A DNA stretch of 64,000 nt from Chloroflexota bacterium (GTDB lineage Bacteria > Chloroflexota > Dehalococcoidia > JACQUD01): contig JACQUD010000049.1 of the NCBI GenBank assembly GCA_016210485.1, forward strand, positions 5,066 to 69,065, read 5' to 3'. Below are positions 18,449 through 28,023 of the stretch, piece by piece. The notes beneath the pieces were generated by a model. The model was given only the letters and a program-made list of their open reading frames with translations, did not search any database and was not told the origin of the DNA. Numbering within the stretch: the stretch's first letter is position 1; each line of letters starts with the position of its first letter. The translations under genes and the position numbers were made by a program.

Positions 18449-19993
18449 CTACATGGGTATGTTGCCGTGTTTCTTGGGGGGCCGGAGCTCCCTCTTGTTC
18501 TCCAGGAGCTCCAGGGCCTGGATGAGCCTGGGCCGGGTGTCCCGTGGCTGGATGACAGCATCCACATAGCCTCGGGCGGCGGCAATATAGGGATTGTAGA
18601 GCAGGCTCTGATATTCTTTTATCTTCTCCTGGAGCTTTCCCCCGGGGTCCGAAGCTTCCCGGATCTCCCGGCGGTGGATGATGGCGCTGGCCCCCTCCGC
18701 CCCCATGACCGCGATCTCGGCCCCGGGCCAGGCCAGGACGTAGTCCGCCCCCAGATGTTGCGAGCACATGGCGATGTAGGCCCCTCCGTAGGCCTTGCGT
18801 GTGATGACAGTGAGCTTGGGGACAGTGGCCTCGGAGTAGCACCACAGGAGCTTGGCCCCGTGGCGGATGATGCCCCCATGCTCCTGATTCCTGCCCGGCA
18901 GGTAGCCGGGGACATCGGCCAGGGTGATGAGGGGAATGTTGAAGGCATCGCAAAAGCGAATGAAGCGGGTGGCCTTGTCCGATGCGTCTATGTCCAGGAC
19001 GCCGGCCAGTACCTGAGGCTGGTTGGCTATGAAGCCCACGGTGCGGCCAGCCAGGCGAGCGAAGCCGACGATAAGATTCTGGGCGTAGTGATAGTGGGGC
19101 TCCAGGAAGACGCCGTTGTCGACCAGGGATAGGATGACCTCCCTCATATCATAGCCCTTCTTGGGGTCGTCGGGGATAATCCTGTCCAGGGCAGGGTCGG
19201 TTCGGGCCGGGTCGTCGCCGGTATCCACCAGGGGAGGGTCCTCCTGGTTGTTGGCGGGCAGGTAGCTAATGAGCTCTCTGATAATCTCGATGGCCTGGGC
19301 ATCGGAGTCACAGGCGAAGTGAGCCACCCCGCTCTGAGCACTGTGCACCATGGCCCCCCCCAGTTCCTCGAAGGAGATGTCCTCGCCGGTCACCTGCTTC
19401 ACCACATCGGGGCCGGTGATGAACATATAGCTGGTGTTCTTCACCATGAAAACCCAGTCGGTCATGGCCGGGGAGTAGACGGCGCCACCGGCGGTGGGTC
19501 CCATGATAGCCGAAATCTGGGGGATGACACCGGAGGCCAGGGAGTTACGGTAGAAGATGTTCCCATAGCCAGCCAGGGCATCCACCCCCTCCTGAATGCG
19601 GGCGCCGCCGGAGTCGTTGAAGCCTATTATAGGGACGCCCAGGCGCATGGCCAGGTCCATCACCTTGCAAATCTTGTGGGCGTGCATCTCCCCCAGAGTC
19701 CCCGCCAGGGAGGTGAAATCCTGGGCGAAGGCGCAGGCCGGCCTCCCCTGGACGGTGCCGTGCCCCGTTATTACCCCATCGCCGGCTATCTCTTGGTGGG
19801 GCATGTCGAAGTCAACGCTTCGGTGGTGGACGAAGGCGTCCAGCTCCTGAAAGCTGCCGGGGTCGAAGAAGAGGTCCAGCCTCTCCCGGGCGGTGAGCTT
19901 GCCCCTCTGGTGCTGCTGCTCCACCGCCTGGGGCCCACCCTGGGCCATGACCTTCTCCAACTTGGATTCCAGTTCCCTCAGCTTCTCTTCCAT
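18449..19993 (-). CDS. acyl-CoA carboxyltransferase (methylmalonyl-CoA carboxyltransferase 12S / propionyl-CoA carboxylase beta family)
   Basis: 514 aa. Matches the family from end to end by eye (GKLTARERLDLFFDPGSF, GGARIQEG, ITGPDVV, GYLPG, HGAKLL). Confidence 0.9.
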   Translation of the reverse strand: MEEKLRELESKLEKVMAQGGPQAVEQQHQRGKLTARERLDLFFDPGSFQELDAFVHHRSVDFDMPHQEIAGDGVITGHGTVQGRPACAFAQDFTSLAGTLGEMHAHKICKVMDLAMRLGVPIIGFNDSGGARIQEGVDALAGYGNIFYRNSLASGVIPQISAIMGPTAGGAVYSPAMTDWVFMVKNTSYMFITGPDVVKQVTGEDISFEELGGAMVHSAQSGVAHFACDSDAQAIEIIRELISYLPANNQEDPPLVDTGDDPARTDPALDRIIPDDPKKGYDMREVILSLVDNGVFLEPHYHYAQNLIVGFARLAGRTVGFIANQPQVLAGVLDIDASDKATRFIRFCDAFNIPLITLADVPGYLPGRNQEHGGIIRHGAKLLWCYSEATVPKLTVITRKAYGGAYIAMCSQHLGADYVLAWPGAEIAVMGAEGASAIIHRREIREASDPGGKLQEKIKEYQSLLYNPYIAAARGYVDAVIQPRDTRPRLIQALELLENKRELRPPKKHGNIPM

Positions 19994-20057
19994 ATTTCAC
20001 ACACGTCTCCCGAGGCTTGCGCGCCTCTTTAAAATTAGTCCAGGGCCAAAGATTTAA

Positions 20058-20330
20058 CTGTCTTATTCTATTAGGCTGGAGGCATGGAAAGCAAGGTGGA
20101 GTGTGGGCAACGAAGTCAGCTACCTCTATACCGCCTACAGCCAGGCCTACAGCTGCAACGCCATAGGGAATGTGACCGGCAAGAGCGGCCTGGCGTATAC
20201 TTATAGTGCCAGGCCCCATGCGGTGACAGCCATGGGGGCCACGAGCTATAGCTATGACAACAACGGCAACATGATCGCCAGGGGAAGCCAGACCCTGACC
20301 TGGGACGCCGAGAGCCGGCTGGCGAAACTG
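20058..20330 (+). pseudogene. orphan fragment of an RHS/YD-repeat protein
   Basis: Translation ...SYLYTAYSQ...GLAYTYSARPHAVTAMGATSYSYDNNGNMIARGSQTLTWDAESRLAKL contains YD-repeat units (YxYDxxGN, LTWDxxxRL). There is no N-terminal or C-terminal context. The 3' end runs into the convergent gene. Confidence 0.55.
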
Positions 20331-20834
20331 CTAGAGTCCTTGCTCCTTGTACTGCTTGGCTAGCTGTGCATAGTGTTCTGGTGCCCCTTGCAGCCAACGG
20401 CGCACCTGCTCCTGAGTGACTTCTCCCTGTATCTTTGCCGGAACGCCAACCACCAGTGAGTTGTCGGGCACTTCCATGTCCTGGCTGACCAAGCAGCCGG
20501 CCCCAATCATGCAGAAGTTCCCAATCACGGCCCCCTGGAGAAGGGTAGCATTCATGCCGATGAGAACATTGTTTCCTATGCTGCGGCAATTGATAACCGT
20601 GCCATGGCCGACGATTACGTTATCTCCTATCTGGACACCGCCATGGACCACGGAGTTATCCTCGATATGGCTGTTTCTCCCCACTCTCAAGCCTCTTCCC
20701 TCACTCCTGACCACGGCCCCTGGCCAAACGCTGGCCCCCTCGCCTATTTCTACGTCGCCAACGATATAGGCAGCTTCACTGACAAAGGCTGACTCAGCTA
20801 TGCGGGGTGTCTTGCCACCAAAACTTCGGATCAA
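20331..20834 (-). CDS. gamma-class carbonic anhydrase-like hexapeptide-repeat protein
   Basis: Left-handed beta-helix repeats (IGEGASVWPGAVVR, IGDNVIVGHG, IGMNATL). 167 aa. Confidence 0.85.
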   Translation of the reverse strand: MIRSFGGKTPRIAESAFVSEAAYIVGDVEIGEGASVWPGAVVRSEGRGLRVGRNSHIEDNSVVHGGVQIGDNVIVGHGTVINCRSIGNNVLIGMNATLLQGAVIGNFCMIGAGCLVSQDMEVPDNSLVVGVPAKIQGEVTQEQVRRWLQGAPEHYAQLAKQYKEQGL

Positions 20835-20846
20835 AAGTGAGTCCTC

Positions 20847-21554
20847 CTATTCATATCCGATGAAGGAGTCCCGCTTCACCTGCTCCTGGGGCAGGCCCAG
20901 GGCCAAGAGCTGGTCCTCCAGGGACATCACCATCCGCGGCGGGCCGGAAATGTAGAACAGTCTCTCCCTGTAGTCAGGGATAACCTCGGCCATCAGGGCT
21001 GAGTCTATGCGCCCCACCTTCCCTCTCCAGCCCGGCGGCGGGGCGATGAGGACGTGCACCACTCGCAGGCGCGGGGTGGCCCGCTCCATGGCCTCCAGCT
21101 CCTCCCGGAAGGCTATCTCCTCATAGCTGGAGTTGCCGTAGAGGAGGACGATATCGTAGTCCAGGCCTTTGTCCAGGGAGTAGCGCATCATGCTCCTCAG
21201 CGGCGTTATGCCGATGCCGCCGCTGAGGAAGGCCAGTTTCTTCCATTTTCGGGACAGGGTGAATTCCCCCTCCGGCCCCGAGAGGTGCGCCCAATCCCCC
21301 GGTTTCAGGGCGTCCAGGGCCTGGGAGTAGGCGCTGGCTGTTATGCGCTTGGTGAACTCCAGGTAGCCCCTCTCCGCAGGGGAGTTGGAGAAGGAGAAGT
21401 GATGCCGGGCTTTCTCGCCCGCCACCAGGATGTCCATATAGAAGAACTGCCCCGCCCGGAAGCGCACGTTTTTGGCCCGGATGGAGAAACGGAAGCTCTT
21501 AATGGTTGGGGTGCGCCGCAGGACCTCCGAGCATTCAGTATCGAAGTCCCACAC
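20847..21554 (-). CDS. FAD/NAD(P)-binding oxidoreductase (ferredoxin-NADP reductase-like)
   Basis: RHHFSFSNSP (RxYS-type FAD motif), GGIGITP NAD(P) motif, and ISGPPRM near the C-terminus. Confidence 0.8.
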   Translation of the reverse strand: MWDFDTECSEVLRRTPTIKSFRFSIRAKNVRFRAGQFFYMDILVAGEKARHHFSFSNSPAERGYLEFTKRITASAYSQALDALKPGDWAHLSGPEGEFTLSRKWKKLAFLSGGIGITPLRSMMRYSLDKGLDYDIVLLYGNSSYEEIAFREELEAMERATPRLRVVHVLIAPPPGWRGKVGRIDSALMAEVIPDYRERLFYISGPPRMVMSLEDQLLALGLPQEQVKRDSFIGYE

Positions 21555-21559
21555 GGTGG

Positions 21560-21748
21560 TTAAGGGGCTACCGTTTCCTTTGGGGTGCCCTTGATCTTGC
21601 GGTTGTAGGTCTTGGCCATGTTGGCCCAGAGCTCTTTGAGGTTGCGGTTTCCGCCCGCCTTGGCGGCCTTGAGGAGCTTGGCGGTGGTGATGTTATCGGG
21701 GCTGCCCATCTCATCATCGGGCATGAGGCATCCGCAGTTCCAGCACAT
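21560..21748 (-). CDS. small hypothetical protein with an N-terminal CxxCxC
   Basis: 62-aa ORF starting MCWNCGCLMPDDE, 6 nt upstream of the oxidoreductase start. No family recognised. Confidence 0.45.
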   Translation of the reverse strand: MCWNCGCLMPDDEMGSPDNITTAKLLKAAKAGGNRNLKELWANMAKTYNRKIKGTPKETVAP

Positions 21749-21777
21749 ACTCCACCTCCTTTGTAGATATATGGGGT

Positions 21778-22563
21778 CTAACTAGCTGCTCCGAACAGCT
21801 TTCGGAAGTTCTCTGAAGTGGCCTGGGCCAGAGTATCCAGGGATGCCCCTCGGATTTCAGCCACCCTCTCCGCCACCTGGCGCACTGCTGCCGGCGTAAC
21901 CCTTACCCCATCGGGCCAGTAGCGGGGGGAGGAGTCAGTCTCCAGGAGGAGGCGGTTCAGAGGGATGAGGCGCACCACCTCAGGCCCAGGGGCGGATTTA
22001 TCTCCCAAGATGGAGCGTCCGATGGTTATGTAAAACCCCAGCTCCAGCCAGTCCCGAAGCATGGCCCCGTCTCCGGTGAAGCCGTGGGCCGTTCCCCGAT
22101 GGGCAGGGTTGGCACTGCGCAGGGCGTCCATCATCTCCCGGTGAGCGCCCCGGCAGTGGAGGTTGAGGGGCTTGCCCGCCTCCAGGGCTAGGCCCAGGAG
22201 CCGGGTCAGGCAACGGCGCTGCACCTCCGGTGGGGCGATCCCCTCCCTTACCATGTCCAGACCTACCTCTCCGATGGCTGCCACCTCTGGGCGCAATGCC
22301 AGGGCTTTGAGACTCTCATAGGTGGCGGCATCTATGTCCCGGGCATTCCAGGGATGGATGCCCACGGCAGGCTTTATGAAATCGTGGCTGCGGCTCAGGT
22401 GCACCGTCTCAGTGCTGCTCTCCAGGTCCATCCCCACAGCCAGGACAGCCTCCACTCCCGCTGCCCGAGCCTCCTCCAGGGCTTGTTGGAGATCCCTCGG
22501 CGATGAGCCATCCAGGTGGGCGTGAGCATCGGCCAGCGTTGCTGGCGGGCGGGACTCCCTCAT
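21778..22563 (-). CDS. TatD-family metal-dependent hydrolase
   Basis: DAHAHLD start motif, HCRGAH, ETDSP. I chose the ATG at 22563, immediately after the ftsH stop, rather than the longer track ORF. Confidence 0.85.
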   Translation of the reverse strand: MRESRPPATLADAHAHLDGSSPRDLQQALEEARAAGVEAVLAVGMDLESSTETVHLSRSHDFIKPAVGIHPWNARDIDAATYESLKALALRPEVAAIGEVGLDMVREGIAPPEVQRRCLTRLLGLALEAGKPLNLHCRGAHREMMDALRSANPAHRGTAHGFTGDGAMLRDWLELGFYITIGRSILGDKSAPGPEVVRLIPLNRLLLETDSSPRYWPDGVRVTPAAVRQVAERVAEIRGASLDTLAQATSENFRKLFGAAS

Positions 22564-22564
22564 A

Positions 22565-24625
22565 TTAGACCTTAACTTCTTGAGGGACGGGCAGGGTGAA
22601 GAGATCCTCCAGCTCCGGCCCCTCCAGGGTCTCCTTCTGAATGAGGGTCCTGGCGATGTAGTCCAGGCGTGCCCTCTCCTCGATGAGGATGGAGCGAGCG
22701 GTGGCATAGGCCTTGTCGGTCATGGCTTCCATCTCCTCGTCGATGGCCTCGGCCACCTTATCACCGTAGTTGCGCTGCTCTGAGATCTCCTTGCCCAGGA
22801 AGACCAGCTCTTCCTTCTTGCCGAAGGTGCGGGCCCCCAGGCCACCCAACCGCCCAGAGGGCATCACACGGACTGTGATGCTATTATGACCACCCTTCTC
22901 CTTCTGGGTCTCCAGAAACTCCGCCAGGCTGAAGTCGTGCTCCTTGCGTGACTTGAAAGTGCTACCGTCCTTGGTGTGGACCAACAGGTCATCTCCAAAT
23001 ACGTCGATGCCAACTACATTGCCGGACAGCATCTCCTCAATCACGGCGCTTATTGCCATCTCGGCGAATCTGGGTGGCTCGCTCATCCCGAACTCGGTGA
23101 TCATGCGCCGGGCCAGCTGAGTGGCCTGCTCCAGATCACTCTGTGGGCCAGTGGTTATCTCTCCAAAGACCAGGTCCTCGGCGGCATGGCCGGCCAGGGC
23201 TGTGGCCAACATATCTTGGAACTGGGAGCGGGTATAGATGTGGCGATCCTCGGTGGGCAGGAGGCGAGTGTAGCCGCCCATGAGGCCCCGGGCGACGATG
23301 GATACCTTGTGCACCGGGTCAGCATGGGGCAGGCGGCGGGCTACCAGGGCGTGGCCCGCCTCGTGGTAGGCGGCGATCTCCTTCTCTTTAGCGGAGATGA
23401 TGCGCGACTTTCGCTCCGGCCCGGCGACGACCCGATCTATGGCCTCCTCCATCTCCTCCCAGCCGATGGTCTTCTTCTGGCGCCGGGCGGCCAGGATGGC
23501 GGCCTCGTTCACCAGGTTGGCCAGGTCGGCCCCGGAGAAGCCCACCGTCTGCCGGGCCAGGAGCTCCAGGTCCACCCCCTCCAGGGGCTTGCCTTTGATA
23601 TGGATCTGGAGGATGGCCTTGCGTCCGGCGATATCGGGCTGGTCCAGGACCACCCGTCGGTCGAAGCGGCCCGGGCGCAGGAGGGCCGGGTCTAGGATGT
23701 CGGGGCGGTTGGTGGCGGCCAGGACGATGACGTTGGTGGAGGTATCGAAGCCATCCATCTCCACCAGGATCTGGTTCAGGGTCTGCTCCCGCTCGTCGTG
23801 GCCTCCGCCCAGGCCAGCGCCCCGGTGGCGGCCCACGGCGTCGATCTCGTCCACGAAGACGATGCAGGGGGCATTCCTCTTGGCCTGGTCGAAGAGGTCA
23901 CGCACCCGAGAGGCGCCCACCCCGACGAACATCTCCACAAACTCGGAGCCGGAGATGGAGAAGAAGGGGACGCCGGCCTCGCCGGCCACGGCCCGGGCCA
24001 GCAGGGTCTTACCCGACCCCGGCGGCCCCACCAGGAGGACGCCCCTGGGGACGCGTGCCCCCAGAGAAGTGAACCTCTCTGGATATTTCAGGAACTCCAC
24101 CACCTCCTGGAGCTCTTGCGTGGCCTCATCCACCCCGGCCACATCGCCGAAGGTAACGGTGGGGCGGCTGCTGGTGACCAGCCGGGCCCGAGAGCGACCG
24201 AAAGACATGGCCTGGGTGTTGGTGCCCTGGGCCTGGCGCATCATGAACAGCAGCAGGGCACCGAAGATAATGATAGGCAGGAAGTTCAGGAGGAGGCCGA
24301 AAACGCTGCTCATGCTGGAGCTCTTCTCCACTGCCACTAGCACCCCACCCGGCCCCGTCTTTACCCCCTCCTCGCGCAGAGTTCCCAGCAGATCGAAGCC
24401 GGCCGGCTGTCGGGAGGAGAGCTTATCCCCGGCAGTGGTGGTCACATCAAGGTTATCGCCCTTTATCCTGATCTCCTGGACCTTTCCTTCCTTGGCCATA
24501 CTGATGAGAGTGGAGATGTCCATCTCCTGGTTAGAGGAGGAGGAGAACACAGTGAAGAAGAGGGACACCAGGGCCACCAGGATGAGCAGATATATGAAGC
24601 TGTTACGTAGCAATCTCGGATTCAC
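22565..24625 (-). CDS. ftsH: ATP-dependent zinc metalloprotease FtsH with a 76-aa insertion in the protease domain
   Basis: Walker A GPPGSGKT, Walker [30 protein letters not shown], zinc site HEAGHAL. I prefer the GTG at 24625 (GGGAG lies 6 nt upstream); the ORF track starts at 24679. Confidence 0.9.
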   Translation of the reverse strand: MNPRLLRNSFIYLLILVALVSLFFTVFSSSSNQEMDISTLISMAKEGKVQEIRIKGDNLDVTTTAGDKLSSRQPAGFDLLGTLREEGVKTGPGGVLVAVEKSSSMSSVFGLLLNFLPIIIFGALLLFMMRQAQGTNTQAMSFGRSRARLVTSSRPTVTFGDVAGVDEATQELQEVVEFLKYPERFTSLGARVPRGVLLVGPPGSGKTLLARAVAGEAGVPFFSISGSEFVEMFVGVGASRVRDLFDQAKRNAPCIVFVDEIDAVGRHRGAGLGGGHDEREQTLNQILVEMDGFDTSTNVIVLAATNRPDILDPALLRPGRFDRRVVLDQPDIAGRKAILQIHIKGKPLEGVDLELLARQTVGFSGADLANLVNEAAILAARRQKKTIGWEEMEEAIDRVVAGPERKSRIISAKEKEIAAYHEAGHALVARRLPHADPVHKVSIVARGLMGGYTRLLPTEDRHIYTRSQFQDMLATALAGHAAEDLVFGEITTGPQSDLEQATQLARRMITEFGMSEPPRFAEMAISAVIEEMLSGNVVGIDVFGDDLLVHTKDGSTFKSRKEHDFSLAEFLETQKEKGGHNSITVRVMPSGRLGGLGARTFGKKEELVFLGKEISEQRNYGDKVAEAIDEEMEAMTDKAYATARSILIEERARLDYIARTLIQKETLEGPELEDLFTLPVPQEVKV

Positions 24626-24900
24626 TAGCAACTCCCGCTTTATTATAGCAGAAACGGAAGGGTGGGGGAAACCTCCCATTATCGAGGGCTTTTAGTGACG
24701 TCTCTCTTCCCCATCCACCCCACCTGGTTAGACAAGGCTCTCACTATGAGCGAGATTATCTCATCTCGCCCTGATGCTCTCGAAGGACGATCCCTGGTAA
24801 GGGATACAGGGCTTTCATCCCCGAAACTCCAGAGGGTTATGGGAACGAACTTTCTATGAATGGGCGGGGGAGAAGAAAAAACATTAGTAAACGACCTCTA

Positions 24901-25980
24901 TTATCTATCGAAGTGGAAGAACCGGGCCGCCAGGAAGGAGGTGACGACTATCCAGGCCCCCAGGATGGCCAGCTCCTGGGGGAAATCCCAGAAGGGCCTG
25001 GCCTCTAGGGCCACTCCCCGCAGGGCCTTGAGCATGGGGGAGAGGGGCAGATACCTCACAGCGACGGCCAGCACCTTGGGCAGCTCCTCTGTGGGGAAGA
25101 AGACGCCGGAGAAGAACATCATGGGCACGGTGACGGCGTTGCCCAGGCCGTTGGCAGCGTTGACTGTCTTGGCGATGGCTCCTACGAGAAAGCCCAGATT
25201 CAGAAAAGCCAGGTTGCCCAGAAGCACCAGGAGAGCAATGTAAAGGTAGTTCCCCACTACCGTGCCGCCGAACAAGAGGATGCCAGCCGCCAGGATGATA
25301 GCTGCCTGCGCCAGGGAGAGAAACAGTTGGGCCAAGACATGGGCGGCGAAGAATGTCCGCACTGGCAAGGGTGTAGCCAGAATACGTCTCAGTATCTTCT
25401 TCTCGCGATACAGCGCCATGGTGGAGGCAACGCCGATGATGGAGAAGGTCATCACTCCCATTCCCACGAAGCCAGGCAGGAGAAAATCGAAGTAGCTGAG
25501 CTGGCGGGACTGAACTCCTTGCTCATCCAGGGCCAAGAGGCTGGGAGCGTGGGCCAGATTCATATTCACCTGGTCCAGGAAGCGCTGGATGGCGGCGACC
25601 ACCGCCGCAGACGTGATGATGGTTCGGTCATAGACGAGGGTAATGGTGGCGGGAGGGCTCTCCGTCATCCTGGCCGCCATCCCTTCTGGGAAGATGAGCA
25701 GGTAATCCAGCTTCCCGTCCTTCACATCCTGCCGGGCTTTAGCCTCGTCCTCCCACTCTTTTGTATCAAATGTCCCTATTTGGCCCAGGTTCTGGACCAG
25801 GGCTCGGGAGAGGCTATCTTGGGCGTGGTCGACGATGCCTATATGGAGGGTGGGCGGCTGGTCCAGGCGGAATAGGCCGAAGACCACCACGAAGATTAGG
25901 GGGAAGACCAAAGCCCAGAACAGGGCCTGGCGGTCCCGCGCTATCATTTTCAGGTTAGCTATGAGCAGCCGCAGCAGCAT
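24901..25980 (-). CDS. ABC-2 type transporter permease
   Basis: 359 aa with one N-terminal TM, a large loop and five C-terminal TMs. Lies downstream of the ATPase gene. Confidence 0.8.
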   Translation of the reverse strand: MLLRLLIANLKMIARDRQALFWALVFPLIFVVVFGLFRLDQPPTLHIGIVDHAQDSLSRALVQNLGQIGTFDTKEWEDEAKARQDVKDGKLDYLLIFPEGMAARMTESPPATITLVYDRTIITSAAVVAAIQRFLDQVNMNLAHAPSLLALDEQGVQSRQLSYFDFLLPGFVGMGVMTFSIIGVASTMALYREKKILRRILATPLPVRTFFAAHVLAQLFLSLAQAAIILAAGILLFGGTVVGNYLYIALLVLLGNLAFLNLGFLVGAIAKTVNAANGLGNAVTVPMMFFSGVFFPTEELPKVLAVAVRYLPLSPMLKALRGVALEARPFWDFPQELAILGAWIVVTSFLAARFFHFDR

Positions 25981-25998
25981 CTCGACCTCATCCTCCAG

Positions 25999-26919
25999 CT
26001 AATCTCGGAGTTCGCGCCCGGTGAGGGACAGGAAGACATCCTCCAGATTGGCCGGGAGCACCTCCAGGTACTCCAGACGTGTGCCAGTCTGGTGGGCCCA
26101 CTCCATAAGGGCGGGTAGAGTGTGGGTGGCATCGGAGGAAGACAAATAGAAGGTACCATCCTCGGCCCGCCGCACGGCTTTCACCGAGTCCAGGGCCTCT
26201 AGCCCCCGGCCCAGGGCATCACTTTGGGCGATAACCTTCACCTGGTAAGGCACGGGCAAGCTCCGCACCAGGTTGGTGGGTGTGTCCAGGGCCACGACTT
26301 GCCCTTGGTCCATGATGGCCACCCGCTGGCAGAGGAACTCCGCCTCCTCCATGTAATGGGTGGTGAGCACCACGGTGCGGCCCTCTTCATGGATACTCTG
26401 AATGAACTCCCAGAGGCTGCGACGGGCCTGAGGGTCCAGCCCAGTGGTGGGCTCGTCCAGAAAAACTACCTCAGGGTCGTTGACTAGGGTGGCGGCGATG
26501 GTGAAACGTTGCTTCTGGCCGCCGGAGAGCCTGGCTACGGTGGTGTTGGCCTTCTCCTGGAGGCTCACCTTGGACAGCAGCTCATCGGAGAGCAAGCTAC
26601 GAGAGTAGAAGCTCCCGAATAGCTCCAGGATCTCCCTCAGGGTCAGGTGGTCGAAGTAGGCGGAGGCCTGGAGCTGGACACCGATGCGCTCTTTCACCTT
26701 CTCCGGCTCCCGATGGGTGTCTATGCCCAGGATAAGGGTATGACCGGAGGTGGGCTTTTGAAGGCCCTCGATACACTCCATGGTGGTGGTCTTCCCGGCG
26801 CCGTTGGGCCCCAGGATGCCGAAGACCTCGCCCTGCCGCACAGAGAATGAGACCCCTCTCACTGCGGCCACGGGGCCGAAGCTCTTGGCGAGTTTATCTA
26901 CAGTTATGACATCTGTCAT
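25999..26919 (-). CDS. ABC transporter ATP-binding protein
   Basis: Walker A GPNGAGKTT, signature LSGGQKQR, Walker B VVFLDEPT. I chose the ATG at 26919 (MTDVITVDKL). Confidence 0.9.
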   Translation of the reverse strand: MTDVITVDKLAKSFGPVAAVRGVSFSVRQGEVFGILGPNGAGKTTTMECIEGLQKPTSGHTLILGIDTHREPEKVKERIGVQLQASAYFDHLTLREILELFGSFYSRSLLSDELLSKVSLQEKANTTVARLSGGQKQRFTIAATLVNDPEVVFLDEPTTGLDPQARRSLWEFIQSIHEEGRTVVLTTHYMEEAEFLCQRVAIMDQGQVVALDTPTNLVRSLPVPYQVKVIAQSDALGRGLEALDSVKAVRRAEDGTFYLSSSDATHTLPALMEWAHQTGTRLEYLEVLPANLEDVFLSLTGRELRD

Positions 26920-27106
26920 AGCGTCAACGTTCCCCTGAGCGGCAATTGAACAGCATTTTATCATATTTTCACGGGGTCGGCTATCCATCATTTAGGTGGC
27001 CATTTTGCCGAGCTCTTTTCTTCGGTTGTCCTTGCTTCCCTTTACAGATACGGCTATACTAGGGCCAGAGGGGGGGGAAGCCAGCCCCTCCAGGGGGAGG
27101 TGTGCC

Positions 27107-27361
27107 ATGCCCGAGGAAGAAGTGGGGTATGTCTCGGACTTCTTTGCCCACGTCACGGTAGCCGGCATAGACCTCACCGGCAGGCTCAAGGTGGGGGACC
27201 GCATCCACATCCGGGGCCATACCACGGACATCGAGATGGAGGTGGAGTCCATGCAGATCCAGCGTGCTGATGCGACCCAGGCCGGGGCCGGGGACTCCAT
27301 AGGCATCAAGGTGCCAGATCGGGTGCGCAAAGGCGACAAAGTCTATAAGGTCGTGGAGTAG
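27107..27361 (+). CDS. small beta-barrel protein (EF-Tu domain-2-like)
   Basis: 84 aa; VGDRIHIRG....AGDSIGIKV....GDKVYKV resembles translation-factor domain II barrels. The ATG at 27107 is preceded by GGGGGAGG. Confidence 0.5.
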   Translation: MPEEEVGYVSDFFAHVTVAGIDLTGRLKVGDRIHIRGHTTDIEMEVESMQIQRADATQAGAGDSIGIKVPDRVRKGDKVYKVVE

Positions 27362-27505
27362 CCGCATAGCCGGGCCAAGCCGAACTTGGCATGGATGCTG
27401 TGCTGCCCCTGTCCGAAGGCCCTTCGGCCCCGGGGGCCTTCTCGGGGGATAGCGTCTTGGCTAACCTGACGCCAATTAAGGAATCCTGGATTCTGGAGGG
27501 TTTAA

Positions 27506-28012
27506 CTGAGAGTAGGACTGATAGCTGATACCCATATCCCCGAGTCCTTCAAAGAGCTACCCCCTCAAGTAGCCCAAGCCTTGAAAGGGGTCGACTTAAT
27601 CCTCCACGCCGGTGATATCTATATCTCTTCAGCCCTGGACTGGTTGGAGGCCATAGCCCCGGTGATGGCGGCCCGGGGCAATGGCGACGCCCAGGTTCGG
27701 GATGACCCCAGAGTCCAGGATAGCTTGGTTCTAGACCTGGACGGGCTGCGGGTAGGAGTAACCCACGCCGTCATCTACCCCGAGACAACATGGGGGACCC
27801 TGGAGCAGACCATGGAGCGGAAGTTCAGAGGGCCTGTTGATGTCATCGTCTTCGGGGATACTCATACTGTTCTGGTGGAGAGGTACAAAGGGGTGCTCTT
27901 GGTGAATCCGGGGAGTCCCACCTATCCCAAAAACTTCCTGGAGCTGGGCACAGTGGGCATCCTGGAGATCAAGGGAGGCCAAGCTCAAGCCAGTATCCTC
28001 TCCCTGAAGTGA
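27506..28012 (+). CDS. YfcE/MJ0936-type metallophosphoesterase, apparently with a non-canonical (CTG) start
   Basis: The conserved first strand and motif I, RVGLIADTHIP, lie upstream of the first ATG/GTG/TTG. A stop TAA sits at 27503. GGAGGG lies 5 nt before the CTG at 27506. Later motifs are LHAGD, GNGD and GDTH. Confidence 0.75.
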   Translation: MRVGLIADTHIPESFKELPPQVAQALKGVDLILHAGDIYISSALDWLEAIAPVMAARGNGDAQVRDDPRVQDSLVLDLDGLRVGVTHAVIYPETTWGTLEQTMERKFRGPVDVIVFGDTHTVLVERYKGVLLVNPGSPTYPKNFLELGTVGILEIKGGQAQASILSLK

Positions 28013-28023
28013 TGGTGAGAACA

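Noticed and set aside
22850-23077. The FtsH insertion could be an intein or a mini-intein.
   Set aside because: There is no Cys/Ser/Thr at the insert start or at the +1 position (the insert starts PP and is followed by L). There is no terminal His-Asn and there are no intein blocks. Instead the insert resembles the FtsH_ext domain of the same protein.
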